Source: an uncultured bacterium
GTDB lineage: Bacteria; Ratteibacteria; UBA8468; B48-G9; JAFGKM01
DNA: 56,273 nt
Assembly: GCA_964408175.1 (NCBI GenBank)
Contig: CAYOYL010000238.1
Location: 1-56,273, forward strand
Direction of reading: 5' to 3'
Notes under the pieces: generated by a model
Told to the model about the DNA's origin: nothing
The model's database searches: none
What the model saw: the letters and a program-made list of their open reading frames with translations, nothing else
Shown: positions 25,401-33,910 of the stretch, one piece after another
How the letters are laid out: each line of letters starts with the position of its first letter
Position numbering within the stretch: position 1 is the first letter of the stretch
Position numbers and translations under genes: made by a program

Positions 25401-27542
25401 CTAATAAAGTATCATTTTATGTATTCGGTAAAAGAATAGGATAAGAATAGCAGCGATAAGACAGATTATGACTGTTGATAGGGCTATTTTTAAAAGCCTT
25501 GACCAGTTTAAATCTTTTGTTTTTTTTATTCTTTTTGCCAGTTGTGCAACAATATCCATACTGTTTTTGCGGGAACCTGCAGGGTAGGGTGGGATAAAAG
25601 TAAAAAGTCTACCCAGTCCAACGGTCAGTTTCATCCTTACGTTTATTGCACATCCTGATGCCTCAAAGAGTATGCTGAGGTTTCTTCTCCTAAGTTTTAT
25701 AAGTCCTATGATGAAACCTGGAAATAAGATGGCAGAAAGAATTATACCGATTGTTATCAGAAAATGTACCAGTTTAACCTGAGAGACAGCTTTTGCTATA
25801 TAGGCAAATGATGAGCCTAAGGCAGCAATTGCCACACCCCCCCCTACAAGAATATCTCTCACAGCACTTGTCCCTGAAGGGGCGACCAGAGTTGTCTCTA
25901 TTTTAGATTCTCTTGTCTTTGCAAATCTTTCCACCTGGTTTTTTATAGTATCTGAAAGCTTTATGAATGGTGCCTTGATAGATTCCATAAGTCCTATAGG
26001 GTTTAATATTATATCTGTTACCTCTGCATCCCATTCCTCCCCATCTCGGGTAAAAAATATTCCTCGTTTTCCTATTCTGAGTGTTCCTGAATCTCCAGAC
26101 GTCACAGCTGCGGCGATTCCGAATTTTGAATCCCCGTTATGCTTGCTGGTTATATCAAGATACATAAGGTAAACGTTACTGTGCTGTGCAATTTTTTTAT
26201 GTTTATTACGGTCATTGACTAATATTGTGAAGGGAATCTTCTTTCCGTCTATGACAAGCGTTCCTGCTTCAAAAATGGAACGTATCTCGGGGTCGTAAAC
26301 GCTGGCAAAACTTGTTGAGTTGTTGGCAATTTCCATCAGGAATTTCTGATAGAGTATTATCTTTTCAATATCCCTTATATGGTTTATCTTTTCAGCTACG
26401 GCAAGGTCTTTTTGTATTAGTGCATTTATCCTGGATTTGAAATCCTCCTGTATATATTTTTTAAGTTCAGATTCTTCTATTTCCGAGACCATTTCACCTT
26501 TTTTGCTTTCTATATAAATTCTATAACCGGAGAAGATGTTTTTCACTTCTTCCCATTGTTTTTGCGTTAATTGTTTTATATCGCCACCGTAGATTTTTGC
26601 CAGCACATTTTTTTTAAAATCTTTAAAGGCATCAACATACAATGAATTTATATATCCATCAAGATGCAATACCCCTTCGCTGTTTATTTCAGCAAGTGGT
26701 GCTGTTTTTAACCTGTCAAGTATTATACTTCTGTCAGTGAAGTCCATTTCATCCAGTTCTTTCTGTTTCAACTGCAGAGAGTTTTTAACCCTGTCGTCAA
26801 ATCTTGTTATCGCACACTGGGCGAAAAATTCTTCCACTTTATTTTCTACGTTTTTAAGACAGGTAAATGTATCTGGTGTATCTTTACCCCAGACCATAAC
26901 ATCGGTTTTGTCTTTATCTACAGGAATTTTACCTTTTTCAATCCACTCAAGGTAAAGGAGCCCCTGGGTAAAAAATTCATTTGTCTGAATAGCATTGATA
27001 CCGGGTTTTCCGCTTGCATCATTTGAACTCCCTACGGTTTTCATTATGAGATTTATCAATTTTGAAAGTTCAGTGTCCCCAGTAGCATCAGGGGTAATAA
27101 CACCATCTCCATTTGTTGCAGAACCTGCCATGATACCCTGCAGATTTCTTACCTGAGAAAGAGTAATTCTATTCTGTTTGTCTTTTTCCCCGAGGTTTGA
27201 AAGGACTACTTTTGCAGTTGCTTTAAGGACTTTTCCTTCAGAGATTTCCGTATTTATACTATCAAGAAGGAGCGTCTCCGTTGCTTCAGAAAGGTGCGAA
27301 AAATCCTTTAAAACGTGGAATAGCCACCTCACGGCATCTTTGATTTCATCGGTTCTTATTCTGCCATTATTATCCGTATCAAGATATTCAAAAAGTTTTT
27401 TGTCCGTGTTTAATATGTCTATAGGAAGACTTGTTGCTGCCCATAGGGCTTCGTCAAGGTCAAGTACTTTTTTCAGGTCTTCGGGTGTTTTTATGCTCAA
27501 CTGATAACTGCCGCCATAGTTATTAAATATATATTTATCCAT
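25401..27542 (-). CDS. Uncharacterised EF-hand-containing membrane protein
   Basis: 713-aa ORF. Canonical 12-residue Ca-binding loop DTDNNGRIRTDE (aa 55-66). Long helical middle region. Three C-terminal hydrophobic segments (GGGVAIAALGSSFAYIA, LVHFLITIGIILSAILFPGFIIGLI, IALSTVIICLIAAILILFF). I recognise no family. Confidence 0.8.
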   Translation of the reverse strand: MDKYIFNNYGGSYQLSIKTPEDLKKVLDLDEALWAATSLPIDILNTDKKLFEYLDTDNNGRIRTDEIKDAVRWLFHVLKDFSHLSEATETLLLDSINTEISEGKVLKATAKVVLSNLGEKDKQNRITLSQVRNLQGIMAGSATNGDGVITPDATGDTELSKLINLIMKTVGSSNDASGKPGINAIQTNEFFTQGLLYLEWIEKGKIPVDKDKTDVMVWGKDTPDTFTCLKNVENKVEEFFAQCAITRFDDRVKNSLQLKQKELDEMDFTDRSIILDRLKTAPLAEINSEGVLHLDGYINSLYVDAFKDFKKNVLAKIYGGDIKQLTQKQWEEVKNIFSGYRIYIESKKGEMVSEIEESELKKYIQEDFKSRINALIQKDLAVAEKINHIRDIEKIILYQKFLMEIANNSTSFASVYDPEIRSIFEAGTLVIDGKKIPFTILVNDRNKHKKIAQHSNVYLMYLDITSKHNGDSKFGIAAAVTSGDSGTLRIGKRGIFFTRDGEEWDAEVTDIILNPIGLMESIKAPFIKLSDTIKNQVERFAKTRESKIETTLVAPSGTSAVRDILVGGGVAIAALGSSFAYIAKAVSQVKLVHFLITIGIILSAILFPGFIIGLIKLRRRNLSILFEASGCAINVRMKLTVGLGRLFTFIPPYPAGSRKNSMDIVAQLAKRIKKTKDLNWSRLLKIALSTVIICLIAAILILFFYRIHKMILY

Positions 27543-27549
27543 AAATTTT

Positions 27550-27578
27550 ATATTACCAGAATCGGTTTAAAATTACAA
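27550..27578 (-). promoter_or_regulatory. Sigma70-type promoter, apparently leaderless, for the 713-aa gene
   Basis: Minus strand reads TTGTAA (27578-27573), a 17-nt spacer ending in TGg, then TAATAT (27555-27550). Only 7 nt separate the -10 from the ATG at 27542, and there is no SD. Confidence 0.45.
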
Positions 27579-27582
27579 GGTC

Positions 27583-27662
27583 AAAAAAAGGGGACAGGCT
27601 ACTTTTTTGTTTTTTTCTGTTATTCTGCATGGTTTAGAAAAAGTAGCCTGTCCCCTTTTTTT
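27583..27662. repeat. Inverted-repeat element copy 1 (25-bp perfect arms, 30-nt interior)
   Basis: AAAAAAAGGGGACAGGCTACTTTTT (27583-27607) is exactly complementary to AAAAAGTAGCCTGTCCCCTTTTTTT (27638-27662). It lies between two divergent start codons (27542 and 27699). Confidence 0.9.
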
Positions 27663-27689
27663 GCAAACAAGGCACGGGAATGTTAAAAT
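27661..27689 (+). promoter_or_regulatory. Sigma70-type promoter, apparently leaderless, for mgtE
   Basis: TTGCAA (27661-27666), a 17-nt spacer ending in TGt, then TAAAAT (27684-27689). Nine nt separate the -10 from the ATG at 27699, and there is no SD. Confidence 0.45.
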
Positions 27690-27698
27690 TCTTCTACT

Positions 27699-29039
27699 AT
27701 GCTTAGAGAACTTTTAACCCCTGAGATAAAAGAACTGATAGAATCCAAAAATTGGCGGGTGCTTAAAGAAATACTTGCCGAATGGGCTGCTCAAGATATC
27801 GTGGACCTACTTGAGGGTATTGAAGAAACAAGTAAGGTTGTTATCTTTCGCATCCTTCCGAGGGACCTCGCTGCTGAGGTTTTCAGCGAATTGAATTCAA
27901 AAAGACAGAAAGCACTTCTGAAGCAGTTAAGCAATGAGCATATAAGAGAGATTTTTCTGGAACTTCCGCCTGATGATAGAACGGATGTTTTTGAAGAACT
28001 CCCTGCTAAAGTTACCAAGAGGCTTCTAAATCTTCTTCCTCCTGAAGAACGAAAAGAAGCGATGAAACTTCTCGGATATCCTGAAGACAGCGTTGGCAGG
28101 TTAATGACCCCTGATTTTATAGCAATATATTCTCACTGGACAGTGTCTCAATCCTTGAAACATGTCAGAAAATTTGGCAAGGATGCAGAGACGGTTAATA
28201 TAGTTTATGTCGTAGATGAGCAGTGGCACCTGCTGGACGATATTACCCTTAGAAAATTAGTTCTTGCCAATCTTACGGAGAAGGTTGAAAACCTTATGGA
28301 TATGGATTTTCATTCAATCTCTGCGGCTGAAGACCAGGAGGAAGCAGTAAATATAATGAAAAAATATAATCTTATTGTACTCCCCGTGGTGGACTCACAG
28401 AATATACTACTTGGTGTTATAACCATAGATGATGTTATAGACGTATATGAGGACGAGGTTACCGAAGATATCCACAAAGGTGCCAGCGTTATTCCTTTTG
28501 AGTTGAATTATACCACATCTTCCACATTTTCATTGTTCAGAAAAAGAATAATATGGCTGTCATTACTTGCTATTGCTGGTTTTCTTTCAAGTAGCGTTAT
28601 CTCTTCATTTGAAGGGACTCTCGGGAAAATAGTAGTACTTGCTTTTTTTATCCCTGTTCTTATAGGCGCAGGTGGTAATACAGGCACACAATCTGCTACT
28701 CTTATTATAAGAGCACTTGTAACAGGAGACCTTACACCTAAAAAGTGGTTCAGCGTAATAAAAAAAGAGTTGTTTGTGGGACTACTTCTCGGCATTGCTC
28801 TGGGGACGATACTCTACATATGGAGTTACTTCTGGCAGGGGGAAAAAATGCTCAGTCTGGTGATAGGACTTTCTGTTGTGCTTATTGCTGTTTGGGCCAA
28901 TCTTATAGGAAGTTTACTGCCTATTATTTTAAGAAGACTGCGTCTTGACCCTGCTGTAGTCAGCAGTCCTTTAATTTCGACAATAATGGACACTTCTGGA
29001 TTGTTTATATACTTTTCAATCGCTGTTCTTCTATTGTAA
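27699..29039 (+). CDS. mgtE: Magnesium transporter MgtE
   Basis: 446 aa. N-terminal MgtE-N domain, a CBS pair (VVDEQWHLLDDITL..., VVDSQNILLGVITIDDV) and a TM domain with GAGGNTGTQSATLIIRAL. Confidence 0.95.
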   Translation: MLRELLTPEIKELIESKNWRVLKEILAEWAAQDIVDLLEGIEETSKVVIFRILPRDLAAEVFSELNSKRQKALLKQLSNEHIREIFLELPPDDRTDVFEELPAKVTKRLLNLLPPEERKEAMKLLGYPEDSVGRLMTPDFIAIYSHWTVSQSLKHVRKFGKDAETVNIVYVVDEQWHLLDDITLRKLVLANLTEKVENLMDMDFHSISAAEDQEEAVNIMKKYNLIVLPVVDSQNILLGVITIDDVIDVYEDEVTEDIHKGASVIPFELNYTTSSTFSLFRKRIIWLSLLAIAGFLSSSVISSFEGTLGKIVVLAFFIPVLIGAGGNTGTQSATLIIRALVTGDLTPKKWFSVIKKELFVGLLLGIALGTILYIWSYFWQGEKMLSLVIGLSVVLIAVWANLIGSLLPIILRRLRLDPAVVSSPLISTIMDTSGLFIYFSIAVLLL

Positions 29040-29780
29040 TTAAACTCTAACTATCGGACGGTACCATATATTTCTGTAGCGAACCAGATTACCGTGGTCC
29101 TGTAACATCAGCGGTCCGGTCAAGGGATGTTGTTTGTAAGGTAGTACCTGACGATGAGTTGTGGGACCGATAAGTTTCTGACAGTGGTGAACCAGAACTC
29201 CATTGTGAAATAAGGTTATAATAGATGGACTGATAAGTCTCTCTCCCTCAAACCTTGGGGAAATCCATACCACATCGTAACTCTGCCATTCTCCCGGTTT
29301 TCGGCAGGCATTAACCAGTGGGGGATATTGTCCGTAAATAGATGCCGCTGAACCATCTGCATACGTAACATTATTGTAACTGTCAAGGACCTGTATTTCA
29401 TAGAGCCCCATCATAAAAACACCACTGTTACCTCTGCCCTGGCTTTCACCTTCTGCTTTTTCTGGGGCAGCCCACTCTAAATGCATCTGGCAGTCACCGA
29501 ATTCTTGTCTGGTTTTGATATTACCGGTTTTTGGTGAAACCTGCATATAGTCATTTTCCAGATTCCACTCTGCAGGTCGGCCGTCTAAGTGTACCCAACC
29601 GGAGATGTCTTTACCGCCAAAAAGTATTTTGGCATCTGAGGGGGGGATACCTGCCTGTTCTTGTGTACTTGAAATACCCGGGAATATCACCTGTGGGTAA
29701 GGTCTTTCCTTATCATGCACCCGGTAATTTGAACCCGGAATAATCGGTGTATCATCATATCCTGGCTTTTCTTTTTCCAT
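29040..29780 (-). CDS. DUF1080 (3-keto-disaccharide hydrolase-like) family protein
   Basis: 246 aa. W...ENDYMQV, FGDCQMHLEWA, GNSGVFMMGLYEIQVLDS, NGVLVHH and GPLMLQDHGNLVRYRNIWYRPI fit the DUF1080 lectin-fold pattern. Its stop abuts the mgtE stop. Confidence 0.85.
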   Translation of the reverse strand: MEKEKPGYDDTPIIPGSNYRVHDKERPYPQVIFPGISSTQEQAGIPPSDAKILFGGKDISGWVHLDGRPAEWNLENDYMQVSPKTGNIKTRQEFGDCQMHLEWAAPEKAEGESQGRGNSGVFMMGLYEIQVLDSYNNVTYADGSAASIYGQYPPLVNACRKPGEWQSYDVVWISPRFEGERLISPSIITLFHNGVLVHHCQKLIGPTTHRQVLPYKQHPLTGPLMLQDHGNLVRYRNIWYRPIVRV

Positions 29781-29894
29781 TTCATCTCCTTTTAAAATTT
29801 ATTCTTCCACCTCTTACTTTGAGCAAACATAAAATTCTTTGTTAAGATTAAAACATCTTTTTTATCTACTGTCAATACGAAAAGGTTCTGCGTT

Positions 29895-31088
29895 CTAAAC
29901 GGGAACAGGTGTATCTACCAGAACATTCTGTCTTTTAAGTTGTCTCTGCAGTTTTTTTACATCAATGGCAGCAAAACTTTTTCCACTCGTAATGGAGAGT
30001 ATGGCAGAAGCGGTACCTGCTGCTTCACCTGTTACCGCACAGGCGGGGATAACCCGTGTTATATCCCATGCACTTCTGGAAGATATACACCTTCCAGCGG
30101 TAATCAAATTTTTCGTTTTTACAGCTGTAAGTGCTTTTAGCGGTATGTAATACACAGGTCCGGCCTTACGCCAGTCTCCTATCATCCCTATGGAATCTTT
30201 AAATATTTTGCGTTCATCTTGCTCGTTCAATTCTATCTGTCCTTTCAGCCGTCGCGTCATTCTCATTCCAGAAATAGTTGGAAGTAACGCGGGAAATAGA
30301 CTGCTTTTCCCTTTTTTCAGACTTTTCAATGTTTCCCTGTAAATCTGACGGGTCATCAATACCTGCCTTGTAATGTCTTCCGCTATTACGCCTGAAAAAC
30401 CCTTTTTGCCACCGGGGACAGTATTTCCTGAAGCATCGTATCTTTCAGATATTGGGTGTAATGCAAGGCTGCCGTCTTCCAAGCAGAAAAACCATCCTGC
30501 TGGTACATTTGTATCCAGAGAAACTGTTTGTTCGCCAGCAGAAGCACAGACGTCTGCGTCTCCCGAAGCGTCAACAACAGTTTTACATTTAATGGCAGAG
30601 CGTCCCTCCTTATTTTCCACTATGACGTGGGTTATAAAATTTTGTTGTTTTTTTATACCGCAGAACCTCGTATCGTACATAATCTTCACGCCACTACCGA
30701 GTACGAAGGATTCAAGTGCAAGGATAAAGGAGGCAGGATTAAATCGAACACTGAATCTGTTTTTAATCCTTTGAGTTTTATCTTCCCCTTTCTCCCAACT
30801 CTCAGGTACTGAACTGTAACCGTCACTGATGGAAAGTTTCAACAGTTCTTCACCGAGTCCCTTTATAACCTGATTCCCGCGTCCGTCGCAGAGAGGAAGA
30901 TATACAACGACATTGCCAAGAGTAGCAAGTCCTCCCAGGGCATACTGTTTTTCAATAATACACGTTTTAGCCCCGTTTCTTGCTGATGCTACTGCTGCTG
31001 CAACCCCTGCAATACCTCCTCCGATGACTGCCACATCATATCCTGAGCAAACTGGCGTTCTTCGTTCTTTTTCCACGATATAGTGCAT
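29895..31088 (-). CDS. FAD-dependent oxidoreductase (FAD_oxidored-type)
   Basis: 397 aa. Dinucleotide fold YDVAVIGGGIAGVAAAVASARNGAKTCIIEK. C-terminal GRCIS...GEAAGTA. Paralogous in pattern to 52771-54246. Confidence 0.8.
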   Translation of the reverse strand: MHYIVEKERRTPVCSGYDVAVIGGGIAGVAAAVASARNGAKTCIIEKQYALGGLATLGNVVVYLPLCDGRGNQVIKGLGEELLKLSISDGYSSVPESWEKGEDKTQRIKNRFSVRFNPASFILALESFVLGSGVKIMYDTRFCGIKKQQNFITHVIVENKEGRSAIKCKTVVDASGDADVCASAGEQTVSLDTNVPAGWFFCLEDGSLALHPISERYDASGNTVPGGKKGFSGVIAEDITRQVLMTRQIYRETLKSLKKGKSSLFPALLPTISGMRMTRRLKGQIELNEQDERKIFKDSIGMIGDWRKAGPVYYIPLKALTAVKTKNLITAGRCISSRSAWDITRVIPACAVTGEAAGTASAILSITSGKSFAAIDVKKLQRQLKRQNVLVDTPVPV

Positions 31089-31089
31089 T

Positions 31090-32775
31090 TTATCTGTCCG
31101 TATTTTTCTCTTGTATTTTCCCCCACCTGTCTTTCAGGGTCACGGTCCTGTTGAAAACAAGTTTTTTGTTTGTATCTGCAGAGTCAACACAGAAGTAACC
31201 CAACCGCTCAAATTGATAAACCGTTCCTGATTGTGCCTTGATAAGAGAGGGTTCCACATAACAGTTATCAAGTATTTCCAATGAAGAGGGATTGAGATTT
31301 TTCTTAAAGTCCTGCCCTTCTGGTACATCCATGGGGTTTTCTTTCGTAAAGAGATAATTATATAACCTGACCTCTGCAGGTATGGCGTGGGCGGAGGACA
31401 ACCAGTGCAGTGTGGCTTTTACCTTTCTCCCGTCAGGTGCATTTCCACCTTTGGTAGCGGGGTCGTAAGTGCAATGGAGTTCCGTGATGTTTCCGTTTGT
31501 GTCTTTAGTCAGACCGGCGAACCTGATGAAATATGCATATCGGAGTCTTACCTCTCGTCCCGGCGCCAGCCTGTAGAAATTTTTGGGAGGGACTTCCATA
31601 AAGTCATCTTTTTCAATGTACAGGGTTTTGGAAAATAGTATTTTTCTTGTTCCTGCCGAGGGGTCTTCAGGATTGTTCACTGCGTCAATTTCTTCTATTC
31701 TGTCTTCCGGATAATTTTCTATGACAACCTTTAAAGGATTCAAAATCCCCATAACCCTTAGGGCCTTTTTATTCAGGTCATCCCTGACAAAATGTTCCAG
31801 CAGTGCTATGTCAGCAGTACTCTCTGTTTTAGCGACTCCTATACGCGAGCAGAAGTTGCGGATTGCCGTGGGAGTATATCCTCTGCGACGCATGCCTGAT
31901 ATTGTCGGCATGCGGGGGTCATCCCATCCATACACATATTTCCCATTAACCAGTTCCAGAAGTTTGCGTTTGCTCATAACCGTATGGGTAAGGTTCAGAC
32001 GGGCAAATTCTATCTGCCGGGGGTGGTGTATCCCGAGTTGTTCTATAAACCAGTCGTAGAGCGGCCTGTGGTCTTCAAATTCCAGTGTGCAGATAGAATG
32101 TGTGATTTTCTCAATTGAGTCTGACTGCCCGTGTGCCCAGTCGTAGGTAGGATAGATACACCACTTATTACCTGTGCGGTGGTGCGGACTGTGAAGTATC
32201 CGGTACATCACCGGGTCGCGCATATTAATGTTCGGTGAGGACATATCTATTTTTGCTCTCAGAACCTTAGCACCGTCAGGATATTTCCCTTCACGCATTT
32301 CTATAAACAGTCTCAGGTTTTCCTCTACGGTGCGGTTTCTGTAAGGGCTTTCTTTTCCGGGTTCGGTGAGTGTCCCCCTGTATTTTCTTATCTGTTCTGC
32401 GGTGAGGTCACAGATGAAGGCACTCCCTTTCTTTATGAGTTTCACCGCAAGTTCATAGAGACGTTCAAAATAGTCCGATGTGTAGTATTCTCTTCCTTCC
32501 CAGTTAAATCCCAGCCACCGTATATCTTTTTTTATGGAACTTACGTATTCTTCTTCTTCCTTCGTAGGATTTGTATCGTCAAAACGCAGGTTGCACCTGC
32601 CACCAAATTCATCAGCCATACCGAAACTGATGCATATCGCTTTGGCGTGTCCTATATGCAGGTAACCGTTGGGTTCGGGCGGAAAACGGGTATGCACCTT
32701 CCCATCATATTTCCCCGCAGCGATATCTTCTCTTATTATTTCTCTGATAAAATCAGTTTTGTGGTTTTCGTCCAT
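31090..32775 (-). CDS. glnS: Glutamine--tRNA ligase
   Basis: 561 aa. Class I HIGH ([10 protein letters not shown]) and KMSKS (VMSKRKL) motifs. [24 protein letters not shown] is typical of GlnRS. Confidence 0.95.
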   Translation of the reverse strand: MDENHKTDFIREIIREDIAAGKYDGKVHTRFPPEPNGYLHIGHAKAICISFGMADEFGGRCNLRFDDTNPTKEEEEYVSSIKKDIRWLGFNWEGREYYTSDYFERLYELAVKLIKKGSAFICDLTAEQIRKYRGTLTEPGKESPYRNRTVEENLRLFIEMREGKYPDGAKVLRAKIDMSSPNINMRDPVMYRILHSPHHRTGNKWCIYPTYDWAHGQSDSIEKITHSICTLEFEDHRPLYDWFIEQLGIHHPRQIEFARLNLTHTVMSKRKLLELVNGKYVYGWDDPRMPTISGMRRRGYTPTAIRNFCSRIGVAKTESTADIALLEHFVRDDLNKKALRVMGILNPLKVVIENYPEDRIEEIDAVNNPEDPSAGTRKILFSKTLYIEKDDFMEVPPKNFYRLAPGREVRLRYAYFIRFAGLTKDTNGNITELHCTYDPATKGGNAPDGRKVKATLHWLSSAHAIPAEVRLYNYLFTKENPMDVPEGQDFKKNLNPSSLEILDNCYVEPSLIKAQSGTVYQFERLGYFCVDSADTNKKLVFNRTVTLKDRWGKIQEKNTDR

Positions 32776-32813
32776 ATTTCACACACTTTTTTTGACATAC
32801 CATTGTAAATTTT

Positions 32814-32937
32814 AAAAAGGGGACAGGCTACTTTTGTATTTGTTAATAAATCTTAGAACATTTCCTAAAACAGTTGGATTCTTTTATATCTCTCACAGTT
32901 TTATAAAAGAAAACAAAAAGCAGCCTGTCCCCTTTTT
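32814..32937. repeat. Inverted-repeat element copy 2 (22-bp arms, one mismatch, 80-nt interior)
   Basis: AAAAAGGGGACAGGCTACTTTT (32814-32835) pairs with AAAAGCAGCCTGTCCCCTTTTT (32916-32937), with a single A/C mismatch. It lies between the divergent glnS (32775) and GT9 (32984) starts. Confidence 0.9.
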
Positions 32938-32983
32938 CATTTCCTTTCAAAATATTATACTATAAATCAATGAAAGGTAACAG

Positions 32984-33910
32984 ATGAAAAAAATACTTGT
33001 TATAAGATATGGAGCACTGGGTGATTCAGTATTAACACTGCCTGTTTTGCATTCACTTAAAAAAAGTGGTTATTCCGTAACGCTTGCGGGAAACAGTCGT
33101 TACGGGGAACTGCTTTTGCGGTATGGAGATATTGATGGTTTTATTCCTTCGGATGGAAGTTTTCTACTCCCTCTTTTTGCTGGTGAACAGGAGGATACTG
33201 TCAGCCGTTATCTTGCACAATTTGATATCATTCTTTCTTATTCTGAAACTGAAGAACCTTTTTCACTCGCTCTAAAAAAATCCTTTAAGGGGGAAATAAT
33301 TATTCACTCTGTAAATCCCGTGAATATCAAAAAGCATATTGTCCTTTATCTTCTGGAACCTGTAAGGAATATTGCCAATTTTGTCGTAGAGAGACCCGAT
33401 ATAAAGGTCAGTTTATCTGAAAAAAAAGAGTTTTTTGTCATACACCCTGGTAGTGGAAGCATTCATAAGAACTGGGATAAAGAGAAATTCCTTGAGGTTT
33501 ACAGATATCTGTCACTGGAGAATACAGGCTATGTTTTACTCGGTTATGCCGAAGATTATATGGTTGATTTCTGGAAGAGTAACCTGAAAGATGAAGAGAT
33601 TATATATTCTCCGGATATGAATAAACTGATGGGTTATCTTCAGAGGACGAAACTTTACATTGGTAATGACTCGGGTATCTCTCATCTTTTTGCTATCTCT
33701 GGTATCCCTTCAGTTGTTATCTTCGGACCGACCTCACCATCAATATGGGCTCCATGTGGCAAAAATGTTAAAATAGTTTACAAAGGGCTGGATTGTAGTC
33801 CATGCAGCAGCGTGAAAAGGGAAAACTGCAGGGGGAAGGAATGTCTTGGCTTAATAGGGGTTTATGATGTTATAGAAGCCGTTAAAGGAGAAAAATGGAG
33901 AAAAACGTAG
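32984..33910 (+). CDS. Glycosyltransferase family 9 (LPS heptosyltransferase-like)
   Basis: 308 aa. KILVIRYGALGDSVLTLPVL N-terminus and IGNDSGISHLFA...PSVVIFGPTSP C-terminal motifs are typical of GT9. Confidence 0.85.
   Translation: MKKILVIRYGALGDSVLTLPVLHSLKKSGYSVTLAGNSRYGELLLRYGDIDGFIPSDGSFLLPLFAGEQEDTVSRYLAQFDIILSYSETEEPFSLALKKSFKGEIIIHSVNPVNIKKHIVLYLLEPVRNIANFVVERPDIKVSLSEKKEFFVIHPGSGSIHKNWDKEKFLEVYRYLSLENTGYVLLGYAEDYMVDFWKSNLKDEEIIYSPDMNKLMGYLQRTKLYIGNDSGISHLFAISGIPSVVIFGPTSPSIWAPCGKNVKIVYKGLDCSPCSSVKRENCRGKECLGLIGVYDVIEAVKGEKWRKT

Noticed and set aside
27643-27666. A sigma-54 promoter suggested by TTGCA at the end of the right repeat arm.
   Set aside because: The required GG dinucleotide 10-11 nt upstream of the GC is absent (TC at that position). 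Copies 2 and 3 lack the TTGCA.
27543-27698. A possible M-box (Mg2+) riboswitch upstream of mgtE.
   Set aside because: Only 156 nt separate the two divergent start codons. Eighty of those are the inverted repeat, and the remaining 36 nt before the mgtE ATG hold a -35/-10 pair. There is no room for the roughly 160-nt multi-helix M-box aptamer, and I could not see its conserved helices.
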